From contig JBLNAA010000071.1 of the NCBI GenBank assembly GCA_050259135.1, positions 1 to 63,723 of the forward strand: 63,723 nt of DNA. The letters are read 5' to 3'. The translations under genes and the position numbers were made by a program. This document shows, one piece after another, positions 38,544-48,563 of this stretch. This DNA comes from Methylocystaceae bacterium. GTDB taxonomy: Bacteria; Bacillota; Syntrophomonadia; Syntrophomonadales; JBLNAA01. Under the pieces are notes generated by a model, which was given only the letters and a program-made list of their open reading frames with translations, searched no databases and was not told the origin of the DNA. Positions within the stretch are counted from its first letter, which is position 1. Each line of letters begins with the position of its first letter.

Positions 38544-39806
38544 TTGTTTGTTGATTACACCAAAGTCTATGTCCGCGGTGGTGACGGTGGAAACGGCTGC
38601 CTGGCCTTTCGACGGGAAAAGTATGTGCCGATGGGAGGCCCCGCAGGTGGGGATGGCGGCCGGGGCGGCAATGTAATACTGCTGGCTGATCCCCATCTTA
38701 CCACTTTGATGGATTATCGGTACCAGACTCATTATAAGGCTGATCGGGGCAGCCACGGGTCAGGAGCTAGAAAAACGGGTGCCGGGGCCGAGGATTTAAT
38801 CCTTAAGGTACCAGTAGGAACCTTGGTGAGGGATACCGAAACCCAGGCGGTACTGGCTGATCTATCCATGCCAGGAGAACAGTATATTGCGGCCAAAGGC
38901 GGCCGGGGCGGTCGGGGGAATGTCCGTTTTCGCTCCAATAAGCTGAAGGCACCTAATTTTGCTGAAAATGGTGAACCGGGAGATGAACACTGGCTGATAC
39001 TGGAGTTAAAACTTTTAGCCGATGTTGGCCTGGTAGGTTATCCTAATGCGGGTAAGTCAACCTTGATCTCCAGGGTCTCAGCTGCCCGGCCCAAAATTGC
39101 TGATTACCCTTTTACCACCCTGACTCCCAATCTGGGCGTAGTTAGCCTGGGACCGGAAGAAAGCTTTGTAATTGCCGATATACCAGGAATTATAGAAGGG
39201 GCGCACGAAGGAGCTGGCTTAGGGCATCGATTTTTACGCCATATTGAACGTACCCGGGTACTAATATATGTTTTGGATTGTGCACAAATCGATGGGCGAG
39301 ATGTAGTGGAAGATTTTAAGATATTGAGGCAGGAGCTGGCTTGGCACCGGGAGGATCTGGCCGCCAGACCGGCTGTGATTGCCGCTAATAAGCTGGATTT
39401 GCCAGGCGCTGAGGATAATTTGTCCCGGTTGCAGGACGATCTTGCTGATTACACCATATACCCGATTTCTGCTGCTACCGGCCAGGGAATTGATGCTTTG
39501 ATGCGTGAAGTATATAATCTGGTGCAAACAGTGCCCCTGCCCGAGCCTCCGCCTGAGGAAAGGGTTATTCACCGTCTGCCGGATGAAGAACCTTTGATCA
39601 TCGAAGTAGTGGATGGGGTTTATGAGGTAAAAGGTGAAAAAGTAGAGCGGCTGGCAGCAATGACCGACTTGATGAATGAGGATGCTCTGCCGCGTTTCTT
39701 TCAAATACTTAATAAGATGGGACTGGAAGAACAGTTATGTCAGATGGGGATCAAACCGGGCGATACAGTCAGTATCGGTGGGTTTGACTTTGAATATCAG
39801 GAATAA
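38544..39806 (+). CDS. obg: GTPase Obg/CgtA
   Basis: Has FVDYTKVYVRGGDGGNG (Obg fold), GYPNAGKST, DIPGIIEGA, NKLD and a C-terminal OCT domain. TTG start. Confidence 0.96.
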   Translation: MFVDYTKVYVRGGDGGNGCLAFRREKYVPMGGPAGGDGGRGGNVILLADPHLTTLMDYRYQTHYKADRGSHGSGARKTGAGAEDLILKVPVGTLVRDTETQAVLADLSMPGEQYIAAKGGRGGRGNVRFRSNKLKAPNFAENGEPGDEHWLILELKLLADVGLVGYPNAGKSTLISRVSAARPKIADYPFTTLTPNLGVVSLGPEESFVIADIPGIIEGAHEGAGLGHRFLRHIERTRVLIYVLDCAQIDGRDVVEDFKILRQELAWHREDLAARPAVIAANKLDLPGAEDNLSRLQDDLADYTIYPISAATGQGIDALMREVYNLVQTVPLPEPPPEERVIHRLPDEEPLIIEVVDGVYEVKGEKVERLAAMTDLMNEDALPRFFQILNKMGLEEQLCQMGIKPGDTVSIGGFDFEYQE

Positions 39807-39820
39807 AGGGAGAGGGTATA

Positions 39821-40957
39821 ATGGCCGGGGATTATCGGCAGGGTTTGAGCCAGGTTAAGCGGCTGGTGGTTAAAGTAGGCACCAGTACCATAACCTACCC
39901 CGGAGGACAAATGAATTTGCACCGCCTGGAAAAGTTGGCCCGTGAACTGGCTGATCTTCACCATCAAGGTTGCGAGGTTATTCTGGTTTCTTCCGGAGCA
40001 ATTGCCGCCGGCCGGGGACGACTTAATATGCATGACCAGCCAGCGACCATACCGGTTAAACAGGCTTTAGCTGCTATCGGTCAGGGGGCGTTAATGCAGC
40101 TTTATGAAAAGTTTTTCAGTGAGTATTCCCAGGTGGTGGCCCAGGTTTTACTGACCCGGGATGATTTCGCGGAAAGAGACCGTTATCTTAATGCACGGAA
40201 TGCCCTGACCACCTTGCTGGAACTGGGGGCCATACCGATTATCAATGAGAATGATACGGTGGCCTGGGAAGAAATCCGTTTTGGTGATAATGACACCTTA
40301 TCAGCACTGGTGGCATCAATTGTCAGTGCCGACCTGTTAGTTATTCTTACTGATATTGATGGGTTGTATGACTACGATCCCCGTAAAAATGAGAATGCAA
40401 GAATTATCAGTCAGGTAACGGAAATAACCGCCGAGATGGAAGCTAACTCGCATACTCGGGGCAGCAGCGGATCCAGCGGCGGAATGTTTACCAAACTGCA
40501 AAGCGCGCGGATAGCTATAAGCAGCGGTATACCTATGGTAATTACCCGCGGCGAGGAAGGAAATCTCCGCCGTATCCTGCAGGGGGAAGAGCTGGGTACG
40601 GTATTTATACCACGAGATGAAAAGATGCACGCCCGAGACCGCTGGTTAGCTTTTGGTTCACATCCGGTGGGCAGCATTATTGTCGACGATGGTGCAGCTG
40701 AAGCGATAAAAATTCGGGGTAAAAGCCTGCTGCCGACTGGTATATTAAGAATAGAAGGTGATTTCGACCGCGGGGCAGTGGTTACCGTGGTCGGTATACA
40801 GGATAATGAATTAGCCCGAGGTATTGTTAATTACTCCAGCCAGGAGATTGAAATGATTGCTGGTCACCGCAGCAGTGAAATAAGTAAGATACTTGGCCAT
40901 AAGGATTATGATGAAGTAATTCATCGCAACAATCTAGCCTTATTAAACATACTGTAA
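39821..40957 (+). CDS. proB: glutamate 5-kinase (with PUA domain)
   Basis: Contains VVKVGTSTIT, VSSGAIAAG and INENDTV. Confidence 0.94.
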   Translation: MAGDYRQGLSQVKRLVVKVGTSTITYPGGQMNLHRLEKLARELADLHHQGCEVILVSSGAIAAGRGRLNMHDQPATIPVKQALAAIGQGALMQLYEKFFSEYSQVVAQVLLTRDDFAERDRYLNARNALTTLLELGAIPIINENDTVAWEEIRFGDNDTLSALVASIVSADLLVILTDIDGLYDYDPRKNENARIISQVTEITAEMEANSHTRGSSGSSGGMFTKLQSARIAISSGIPMVITRGEEGNLRRILQGEELGTVFIPRDEKMHARDRWLAFGSHPVGSIIVDDGAAEAIKIRGKSLLPTGILRIEGDFDRGAVVTVVGIQDNELARGIVNYSSQEIEMIAGHRSSEISKILGHKDYDEVIHRNNLALLNIL

Positions 40958-40973
40958 AGGGGTGGCACATCAA

Positions 40974-42233
40974 ATGGGTGATATCAACACCATGCTGAGG
41001 GATCAGGGACTACTTGCCAAACAGGCAGCAAGAATGATGGCTACCGCCTCATCGGTTACACGTAACCAGGCCTTAACTGCCATGGCTAATGCCCTGCGCA
41101 AACAGATCACAGTTATTTTGGCAGCCAATCAGGAAGACATCGAGGTTGGCCGTCAAAAGGGCATGTCCGGGCAAATGCTGGACCGCTTGTTATTGACCGA
41201 ACAGCGGGTAGAAGATATGGCGGTTGGGCTGGAGACGTTAGTCAGCCTGCCTGATCCGCTGGGAGAAGTAGTAGCTGCCAGCCGCCGACCTAATGGTTTA
41301 GAGATAAGTCAGATCAGAGTACCGCTGGGAGTTGTCGGTTTAATCTATGAAGCCCGGCCCAATGTAACCGCTGATGCGGCAGGTATCTGTATAAAAACTG
41401 GAAATGCCATCATGTTACGCGGCGGGTCGGAGGCGATAAATTCCAATCGGGCGATTGTTGATACTATTGCCGCCGCTGCTGTGAATGCCGGAATGCCAAC
41501 TGGTGCCATACAGCTGGTGGCCAGTATCGAACGGGAATCAGCAACCCAGATGATGCGGTTAAATGGATTGATTGATGTTTTAATTCCGCGGGGTGGGGCA
41601 GGACTTATTCGCTCGGTGGTAGAGAATGCAACCGTACCGGTAATAGAAACCGGGGTGGGTAACTGCCATGTTTATGTTGACAAAAGTGCTGACCTAAAAA
41701 TGGCCCAGGATATAGTTTTTAATGCCAAGGTACAACGGCCCTCAGTATGTAATGCTGCTGAAACACTGCTGGTCCACCAGGCAATTGCCCGGGAGTTTCT
41801 GCCGGCCATGATTGAACGCCTGCAGGCAACCAAAGTCGAGGTACGGGGGTGTGAAATTACACAGCAACTGGGGAAAAACATTGTACCAGCCACCGAAGAG
41901 GATTTTGCCACTGAGTTTTTACAGTTGATTCTGGCGGTAAAGGTTGTCGCTGACCTGGAGGAAGCGATCAATCACATACAAAAATATGGCAGCGGACATA
42001 CGGAGGCAATCGTCACCAATGATTACCAGAACAGCCGCCGCTTTACTCATGAAATTGATGCTGCTTGTGTCATGGTTAACGCTTCTACTCGATTTACTGA
42101 TGGCTTCCAATTTGGATTGGGAGCTGAGATGGGTATCAGTACACAAAAGCTTCATGCCCGGGGACCAATGGGTCTTAAGGAGATGACTACCACCAAATAT
42201 GTTGTTAATGGTGATGGTCAGATCAGGACTTAA
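40974..42233 (+). CDS. proA: glutamate-5-semialdehyde dehydrogenase
   Basis: Contains LIYEARPNVT, GNAIMLRGG and VCNAAETLLVH (catalytic Cys). ATG 40974 lies 11 nt after AAAGGGG; the track GTG 40962 abuts the SD. Confidence 0.94.
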   Translation: MGDINTMLRDQGLLAKQAARMMATASSVTRNQALTAMANALRKQITVILAANQEDIEVGRQKGMSGQMLDRLLLTEQRVEDMAVGLETLVSLPDPLGEVVAASRRPNGLEISQIRVPLGVVGLIYEARPNVTADAAGICIKTGNAIMLRGGSEAINSNRAIVDTIAAAAVNAGMPTGAIQLVASIERESATQMMRLNGLIDVLIPRGGAGLIRSVVENATVPVIETGVGNCHVYVDKSADLKMAQDIVFNAKVQRPSVCNAAETLLVHQAIAREFLPAMIERLQATKVEVRGCEITQQLGKNIVPATEEDFATEFLQLILAVKVVADLEEAINHIQKYGSGHTEAIVTNDYQNSRRFTHEIDAACVMVNASTRFTDGFQFGLGAEMGISTQKLHARGPMGLKEMTTTKYVVNGDGQIRT

Positions 42234-42365
42234 TAACCCAAGGCTTATTTTTTGGCTTTCGGCAAAGGAATCCAGCCTTCAGGTGCGAATAATTTATATA
42301 GAACAACAAGAACCTGTAGGAATAATTATGGCTTTGGGTAAGGTTGTAGTGAAGGAGTGAGGGCT

Positions 42366-43007
42366 ATGGCAGAAAAATATTACACTACTGACTTCTATAC
42401 GGATATATTGCTGCAGATCAGGGAGGGTAAGTACTGGTTTGCCGTCGAGGACAAGGTTAAACGTGAATACCCATATCCGGATAAAATATTGGAGTTCTTA
42501 ACCGCTGAACATATTCCTCTTGGATACAGCCCCAAGGAAAGATACATTTTCCATCGTACTTCTACCTGCGACTTTTTACCGTTATACCCATTGTTTCCTG
42601 ATGAAGAAAATGCCCGTGATCAAATTGACGAATTGGTCAATTTTTATGCCTACCTGCATAAACGTGAGTTTACCAGAGAGTTGAAAAAGAGGGGTAAAGT
42701 AGCCCTTTTACGCGATGTGGTAGAGGGAGCACTGCAGTTGGCCCGGGCTGAAGGATGGGATAAGATAATTGCCATCTTTACCATCGAAGAGGGTGGGTTT
42801 GAAAAGACGGAGATTAATTTTGTCGGGTCATTAACCAATATCGAGGACAACCTGAAGAACAACCCGAATTTCCAATACTTTATCGACACATATGAGGATG
42901 TCCGCAAACGCATTGAATTGGAAGATATGAATACCATTTATTTTGAGCCTTATTTGGACGACATTCCGGAAATTAAAGGATATGCTTATCTAAGACGTCT
43001 GGCCTAA
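42366..43007 (+). CDS. hypothetical cytoplasmic protein (213 aa)
   Basis: ATG 42366 follows GAAGGAG. Acidic and helical. No motif recognised. Confidence 0.6.
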   Translation: MAEKYYTTDFYTDILLQIREGKYWFAVEDKVKREYPYPDKILEFLTAEHIPLGYSPKERYIFHRTSTCDFLPLYPLFPDEENARDQIDELVNFYAYLHKREFTRELKKRGKVALLRDVVEGALQLARAEGWDKIIAIFTIEEGGFEKTEINFVGSLTNIEDNLKNNPNFQYFIDTYEDVRKRIELEDMNTIYFEPYLDDIPEIKGYAYLRRLA

Positions 43008-43019
43008 GGTTGAATAAAT

Positions 43020-43056
43020 AAAGCGCCTTCGTTTTATAACGAAGGCGCTTTTGTTT
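43020..43056. terminator. bidirectional intrinsic terminator (convergent with spoVD)
   Basis: AAAGCGCCTTCGTT-TTAT-AACGAAGGCGCTTT forms a 14-bp stem with T-runs on both strands. Confidence 0.85.
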
Positions 43057-43084
43057 GGGGAAATTATGTTGCTTTATTTAATAG

Positions 43085-45271
43085 TTATTGTGCAGGTACA
43101 TGCAGTTTTTTATCGGCAGTATTATCCCCCGCCGGCAGTGGCTTTTCCTGGTCAGACAGTGAACCGAAGATAACACGGACCTCACTGCCGGAGGCCAGCG
43201 GATTGCCGGGAGCAGGATTCTGCTCCCGAGCCAGGCCAGAGCCCTGAGGCCGAATAATATACCCATTAGCTTTAAGAACTGCTGCGGCTTCCCGCATTGA
43301 TTTTCCACGTACGTCGGGTACCAAGGAAGCAGCAGTCTTATTTTCAGTACTGTTGGTTAAATAGATCTCGATAATCGAACCTGGCTTAACCTGAGCATAA
43401 GCTGACGGCTGTTGATCCCAAACGCGGTTTCCTTTACCAACCACTTTAACTTTCAACCCATGTTGAGCCGCTTTTTTCGCAGCATCCTTGGAACTTAGTC
43501 CTACCATATCGGGAACATAGGCTGTAGTTTCGGACTTTTTGGCTGGTGCCGGAGCAACTTGTCCCTGCTTTAATACCCCCAGATAAGGGAGGCTGTACTC
43601 AAATATTGCTCGGGTAGAAGGGGCGGCGGTGGTCGCCCCAAAGCGAAATGCACCCTTGGGATTATCGACGATAACCAGGGTTACCAAACGGGGAGTATTT
43701 ACCGGAGCTATGGCGATGAATGAAGTAACAAATGCGTCTTCCATATATCCGCCGTTAGGTGATATCTTTTGAGCAGTACCCGTTTTTCCACCTACCCGAT
43801 AACCGGCAATGTAAGCCCTTTCTCCGGTACCTTCTTTGACAACGTTCTCCAAAATTAACCGCAGCTGCCGTGAGGTTTCCGCGGAAATAACCTGTCTTAC
43901 AGTTTCGGGCTCAATTCTTTTGACCAGGTGCCCCTGGCTGTCTCTAATCTCTTTAACCAGATGTGGCCGCATCATCTTGCCGTCATTGGCGATAGCTCCC
44001 ACCGCAGCTACTAGCTGAATCGGGGTAGTGGCGTTGGCCTGACCAAAAGCCATAGTTGCCAGATCAATTTGGCGGGCAGATTTTTCCGGAACCAGAATCC
44101 CGGATGCTTCACCAGGTAAATCGATACCGGTCTTTTGCCCCAATCCAAAAGCCCGTACATAGCGATAGTAACGATCGAGACCCAGTTTAAGGCCAACCTG
44201 AACAAAACCGATGTTGGAGGACTTTTCCATCAATCCCTGAAATGTAAGTGTACCATATGCTTCATTGTGAGCCTCATGAATGGTGCGATCCTGAACCTTT
44301 ATGGTGGCGGGGCAATAAAAGTTGTCGCTGGGGCGTACCACGCCTTCCTCCAGGGCAGCAGCGGCAGTAACAATTTTACCGGTCGAGCCCGGCTCCAGAG
44401 CATTATTTACCGCAAAGTTACGGCGGTTTTTATTGGGATAGTCACTAAAATGATTGGGATCATAGTTGGGCCGGTTGGCCATGGCCAGAATTTCACCGGT
44501 TCGAGGGTCCATTACAATAATTGAAGCGGAATCAGGTGAGCGCTCCTGCCAGATCTTATCTAATTCCTGCTCAGCTACGTGCTGAATATTCGAATCTAAA
44601 GTAAGCACCAGATTCATACCGTCCTGTGACGGCATCGAATAATGCGCGGTTTCTGGTATCGGGTTCCCTTTACGGTCAGTTTCGGCTACCAGTACCCCCG
44701 GGGTTCCCGATAAGGTTTTGTTGTAATAAAAATCAATGCCTTCCAGCCCGACATTGTCCACCCCGGTGATGCCCACCACATGACAGGCAATTTCCTTTTC
44801 CGGGTAGAAACGGCGGCTTTCGGGTACGGTATATACACCCGGCAGATCCATAGCTTTCAGCTTTTTGTATTCTGTGCTGTTAGGCAGTAAGGCTTGACGC
44901 TTGATCCAGGCAAAGGAACTATTCCCTTTAATCTTTTTAAGAACTGTGGGTTCATCAAGTTTTAGAAGGGTTGCCAGGGCCCGGGCCGTCTTTTGGGGAT
45001 TCCCTGCTTCTTTTATTTTGGCCGGACTAACAAATACTGATTCGGTATCAATAGATATAGCCAGTTCTTTGTAGTTGCGGTCATAGATAGCTCCTCTTTT
45101 GGCTTCGACGGTAATAGAGTGAGTTCGGTTATTCAAGGCCTGGCTGGCCAAGGAAGCACTGCGAAAGGCTTGCAGGTAGATCATGCGCCCGGTGAGAAGC
45201 AATAAACCAAGAACAATTAAGCCAAAGATAATTATAATTCTATTTCGGTTATAGGTAACATTGGGCTTCAA
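43085..45271 (-). CDS. spoVD: class B penicillin-binding protein with two C-terminal PASTA domains (SpoVD/FtsI-type)
   Basis: Has STGKIV (SxxK), SSN (SxN) and KTGTA, plus two PASTA repeats at the C-terminus. TTG 45271 lies 9 nt after AGGAGG. Choosing spoVD over ftsI is an inference: the gene has PASTA domains and lies outside a dcw cluster. Confidence 0.75.
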   Translation of the reverse strand: MKPNVTYNRNRIIIIFGLIVLGLLLLTGRMIYLQAFRSASLASQALNNRTHSITVEAKRGAIYDRNYKELAISIDTESVFVSPAKIKEAGNPQKTARALATLLKLDEPTVLKKIKGNSSFAWIKRQALLPNSTEYKKLKAMDLPGVYTVPESRRFYPEKEIACHVVGITGVDNVGLEGIDFYYNKTLSGTPGVLVAETDRKGNPIPETAHYSMPSQDGMNLVLTLDSNIQHVAEQELDKIWQERSPDSASIIVMDPRTGEILAMANRPNYDPNHFSDYPNKNRRNFAVNNALEPGSTGKIVTAAAALEEGVVRPSDNFYCPATIKVQDRTIHEAHNEAYGTLTFQGLMEKSSNIGFVQVGLKLGLDRYYRYVRAFGLGQKTGIDLPGEASGILVPEKSARQIDLATMAFGQANATTPIQLVAAVGAIANDGKMMRPHLVKEIRDSQGHLVKRIEPETVRQVISAETSRQLRLILENVVKEGTGERAYIAGYRVGGKTGTAQKISPNGGYMEDAFVTSFIAIAPVNTPRLVTLVIVDNPKGAFRFGATTAAPSTRAIFEYSLPYLGVLKQGQVAPAPAKKSETTAYVPDMVGLSSKDAAKKAAQHGLKVKVVGKGNRVWDQQPSAYAQVKPGSIIEIYLTNSTENKTAASLVPDVRGKSMREAAAVLKANGYIIRPQGSGLAREQNPAPGNPLASGSEVRVIFGSLSDQEKPLPAGDNTADKKLHVPAQ

Positions 45272-45340
45272 ATCCGCAATCCTCCTTCCATTCCAACATA
45301 AATATAACACAGCTTTAAAGATTTTCTTACCAAATAAGCC

Positions 45341-45377
45341 AGTTAAAAACCGACCGCGCTTTGGCAGGGTCGGTTTT
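45341..45377 (-). terminator. intrinsic terminator after the Cys-cluster gene
   Basis: On the minus strand, AAAACCGACC-12 nt-GGTCGGTTTT followed by T. Confidence 0.7.
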
Positions 45378-45407
45378 AAGGCATTTATTTTCTGATTTGG
45401 GGGCTTA

Positions 45408-46025
45408 TCATAAGGGCCAGTTTTCCTTATATTCTAAATGCCGTTTAATCAACGCGGTACTCGGGGCAGGTGAACTGACCGGCAGGTCCTTTACTATAGC
45501 AGGAACAATTTGTTTCAGTTCGGCTAACCATGCTGACCGCTGTTCCGGACTGCGTAAAGACAGTCCCTGAGCTGATAAACGACTGGCAATAATTTGATTG
45601 AGTTCAATTTCCTTGTCCTCTAAAGCGGCAAAAAAGTTCTTCCAGTCAGACAGGGATGCCTCTGCCTGCCAGTTGATGCCGGGACAGACAAAATGACGGC
45701 ATACGGATTCGCGCCATTCCTGTTTTAGCCGACACCCTCCCTCGCGACGGTGAAATTGACAATAATAACCCCCGTTGGGGTCGGGAAAAGAATTAACCGT
45801 TATCGAATGATCGAGAACAGTAAGATGGGGTAAATGCCAAATATCGTTTAATATTTGGGAAGCATTTTCCTGCAGGTAATAGATGTCTAACGGGTAAAAA
45901 ACCGGTGAATAGTAGCCGCAGCAGCCCTTGTCATCCTGGCGGGGACAATCAGCACAGAGATCGACCTCAATATAGCTGCGCAATCCCTGATTGTGAAAAA
46001 CCAATTTGATTTCAGTAGTATCCAT
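45408..46025 (-). CDS. YkgJ-like cysteine-cluster (CxxCxxCC-type) protein
   Basis: 205 aa. Contains DLCADCPRQDDKGCCGYY, YYCQF...GGCRL and VCRHFVCPG, a Cys pattern typical of the UPF0153/YkgJ Zn/Fe-chelating family. Confidence 0.6.
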   Translation of the reverse strand: MDTTEIKLVFHNQGLRSYIEVDLCADCPRQDDKGCCGYYSPVFYPLDIYYLQENASQILNDIWHLPHLTVLDHSITVNSFPDPNGGYYCQFHRREGGCRLKQEWRESVCRHFVCPGINWQAEASLSDWKNFFAALEDKEIELNQIIASRLSAQGLSLRSPEQRSAWLAELKQIVPAIVKDLPVSSPAPSTALIKRHLEYKENWPL

Positions 46026-46149
46026 TCGATCCCCCTGCCCTTAGATAATTGGTACCAGCAGCCCATGCTGTTTTTATCAGCCTTGGAAATGACTTTTTAT
46101 ATAGTAAAGCATGAAAAGATAAAATTGAAGGTGTATATCCACACCTAGC

Positions 46150-46181
46150 AAAAAAAACTGCCCGCCAAACTCGGCGGGCAG
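46150..46181 (-). terminator. intrinsic terminator after rubrerythrin
   Basis: On the minus strand, CTGCCCGCC-GAGTTT-GGCGGGCAG followed by TTTTTTTT. Confidence 0.85.
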
Positions 46182-46186
46182 TTAAA

Positions 46187-46717
46187 TTATTCTTGGTAAT
46201 CTAATTCATAATAAGCTCGCGGGTGTTTACACAGGGGGCATACTTCAGGTGCTTCATGGCCGGTGTAGATAAAACCACAATTGCGGCATTTCCAGCGCCT
46301 GGTTTCGGTCCGCTTAAAGATGGTGCCTTCCTTAATGTGGCGCCGCAGAGCTCCATAACGCTGTTCATGCTCCTTCTCGACCTGTGCAGTCAGCTCAAAT
46401 AAATCCGCGATATCATTAAATCCTTCTTCCCGGGCAATTTTTGCAAATCCCGGGTACATAGAGGTATTCTCTTCGTGTTCCCCATCCATGGCAGCCAGCA
46501 GATTGCTGAGGGTGTCGCCCAGTCCTCCCAGCGTTTTGAACCATAGTTTGGCATGCTCTCTTTCATTCCCGGCGGCTTCTTCGAAGAAGGCGGCTATGTG
46601 CTCATACCCTTCCTTGCGGGCTGTTGAAGCAAAATAAGTATACTTGTTACGGGCCATCGATTCACCGGAAAAGGCCTCCTGCAAACATTTTTCAGTACGT
46701 GAACCTTTTAATTCCAT
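46187..46717 (-). CDS. rbr: rubrerythrin
   Basis: Has ferritin-like diiron motifs ([24 protein letters not shown]) and a C-terminal rubredoxin-like CRNCG...CPLC. ATG 46717 follows GGGGAGG. Confidence 0.93.
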   Translation of the reverse strand: MELKGSRTEKCLQEAFSGESMARNKYTYFASTARKEGYEHIAAFFEEAAGNEREHAKLWFKTLGGLGDTLSNLLAAMDGEHEENTSMYPGFAKIAREEGFNDIADLFELTAQVEKEHEQRYGALRRHIKEGTIFKRTETRRWKCRNCGFIYTGHEAPEVCPLCKHPRAYYELDYQE

Positions 46718-46810
46718 TAAACCTACCTCCCCGTCTTTTAAAATCAAGTTACCATATCTTGCTGCGGGAAGAAAGACGATAAAGTAAAGATCATGCTTAA
46801 TTTCGTAAGC

Positions 46811-46855
46811 CTGACTGCATTTGGGGTACCGCAGTCAGTATGATAATATTTATAG
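46811..46855. promoter_or_regulatory. 8-bp perfect inverted repeat plus a Fur/PerR-family-like 7-1-7 box in the rbr/nadD divergent region
   Basis: The inverted repeat is CTGACTGC-N12-GCAGTCAG (46811-46838). The box TGATAATATTTATAG (46841-46855) matches 12 of 14 positions of the PerR-type consensus TTATAATnATTATAA when read on the minus strand. Confidence 0.35.
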
Positions 46856-46886
46856 AGAAATATTGGTGTCATACAGGAGATTATTT

Positions 46887-47480
46887 ATGAAACTGGGTGT
46901 GATGGGGGGAACCTTTGACCCCATACATTTGGGCCATTTGGCGGCAGCCGAAAATGCCAGGTTCTACCTGGAATTGGATCGGGTGTTGTTTATGCTGTCT
47001 GCCCAACCGCCGCATAAACTGGATATGCAGGTTACGTCTGCTCACCACCGGCTAAAGATGGTGGAATTAGCAGTTGCAGATAATCCACATTTTGAGGTAT
47101 CTACTCTGGAAATGCAGAGAAAAGGGGCTTCTTATACCGTTGATACCATAAAACAATTGCATGTTCAGTTTGCGCAGCCGGAAATCTATTTTTTAATGGG
47201 ATCGGACTCTCTGTTTGATCTGGTCAATTGGTATCATTATGAAGAAATAGCGCACCAGTGTTTGCTGGTTTCCATTTCCCGTCCGGGTTTTGCCAATGAA
47301 GATGCCTATCAATCGTTACCGCTGGCGGTGCGGGCCAGCACCAGGATATTAGAAGTACCAAAACTTGAGATCAGCTCTACTGAGTTAAAGCGGCGGCTGA
47401 AGAGCGGTGAACCAGTTCGTTACCTCTTGCCGACATCAGTAGAGGCTTATATTAAGGAGCACCACCTTTATGAAGAATAA
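46887..47480 (+). CDS. nadD: nicotinate-nucleotide adenylyltransferase
   Basis: MKLGVMGGTFDPIHLGH (HxGH). ATG 46887 follows CAGGAG; the track start is an extension. Confidence 0.94.
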   Translation: MKLGVMGGTFDPIHLGHLAAAENARFYLELDRVLFMLSAQPPHKLDMQVTSAHHRLKMVELAVADNPHFEVSTLEMQRKGASYTVDTIKQLHVQFAQPEIYFLMGSDSLFDLVNWYHYEEIAHQCLLVSISRPGFANEDAYQSLPLAVRASTRILEVPKLEISSTELKRRLKSGEPVRYLLPTSVEAYIKEHHLYEE

Positions 47481-48072
47481 CGGCCTGCCAATTAGTTTGG
47501 GCCAAGCTCGTGATATTATTGAAAAACGCCTCAGCCCTCATCGTTTTCAACATTCCCTGGGAGTGGCATCCGCGGCCGCCAAATTAGCTGCCCAACATGG
47601 AGAAGATCAGCAAAAGGCAGAGTTGGCCGGCCTGTTGCATGATTATGCGAAAAATCTGGATGCCCCAACTCTGATCGCTGTGGCCGAGTACCTGGGAATC
47701 GAACTTGCTGCCGAGGACCGGCTGCTGCCTGACCTGCTGCATGGACCGGTGGGTGCCTTGCTGGTAAAACAGGATTTAGGGCTGCAGGATCAGCAGATAC
47801 TGGCTGCCATCTCATCACATACTATGGGCGGGCTGTCGATGAGTAACCTGGATAAAATTATATTCCTGGCGGATATGATTGAACCGGGACGTGATTATCC
47901 GCTGTTGGAGCGGTTGACTTGTTTATGCGAACGGGATCTGGATAGTGCCATGATTTTTGGCCTGGATTTGACTATCAAGTATTGCCTGGAGCAAAGACGG
48001 TTGCTGCACCCGCTGACGGTAGCTGTACGTAACCATTTCCTCATACTTTTTCCAGAGGCGGTCATATGCTAA
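47470..48072 (+). CDS. yqeK: HD-domain bis(5'-nucleosyl)-tetraphosphatase YqeK
   Basis: Contains RFQHSLGV...LLHDYAK (HD motif). Shows nadD-yqeK-rsfS synteny. Overlaps nadD by 11 nt. Confidence 0.88.
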   Translation: MKNNGLPISLGQARDIIEKRLSPHRFQHSLGVASAAAKLAAQHGEDQQKAELAGLLHDYAKNLDAPTLIAVAEYLGIELAAEDRLLPDLLHGPVGALLVKQDLGLQDQQILAAISSHTMGGLSMSNLDKIIFLADMIEPGRDYPLLERLTCLCERDLDSAMIFGLDLTIKYCLEQRRLLHPLTVAVRNHFLILFPEAVIC

Positions 48073-48114
48073 ACTAAAAGCGAATGAAATCACCTTAGAT
48101 AAGGAGTTGATCTA

Positions 48115-48459
48115 TTGTTGCAGGAGGAGGAGTTGGTCCGTCGGATAGCGGTATTGGCTCAGGATGAAAAAGCGATCAATGTTTCCATTCTTGATATCAG
48201 AAAATTAACTGTTTTAGCTGATTATTTTATCATTGCCAGCGGCCGTAGTGTATTACAGGTGAAAAACCTGGCTGACACTATAGTCAACACGCTATCGGAA
48301 GAGGCAGACCTGCATCCCTTGCGCCAGGAGGGGCTTTCAGAAGGTAAATGGGCAGTATTGGATTATGGTATGGTTATAATCCATTTGTTCAGGCAGGAGG
48401 AAAGGGAATTCTATCAATTGGAAAGCCTGTGGGGTGATGCTCTACCGGTGATGGTTTAA
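48115..48459 (+). CDS. rsfS: ribosome silencing factor RsfS
   Basis: 114 aa. Contains DYFIIASGRS and VLDYGMVIIHLF. Confidence 0.92.
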   Translation: MLQEEELVRRIAVLAQDEKAINVSILDIRKLTVLADYFIIASGRSVLQVKNLADTIVNTLSEEADLHPLRQEGLSEGKWAVLDYGMVIIHLFRQEEREFYQLESLWGDALPVMV

Positions 48460-48475
48460 ATCAGATACTTATAGT

Positions 48476-48505
48476 AAGACGCGGCCAATAGCGCGCGTCT
48501 TTTTA
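48476..48505 (+). terminator. intrinsic terminator after rsfS
   Basis: AAGACGCG-10 nt-CGCGTCTT followed by TTTT. Confidence 0.75.
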
Positions 48506-48563
48506 TATGTCGGCGCTTTAAAGAGGCAGGGGTAAAAATAATAAGTCGCAGGGAGTGGGTAAT

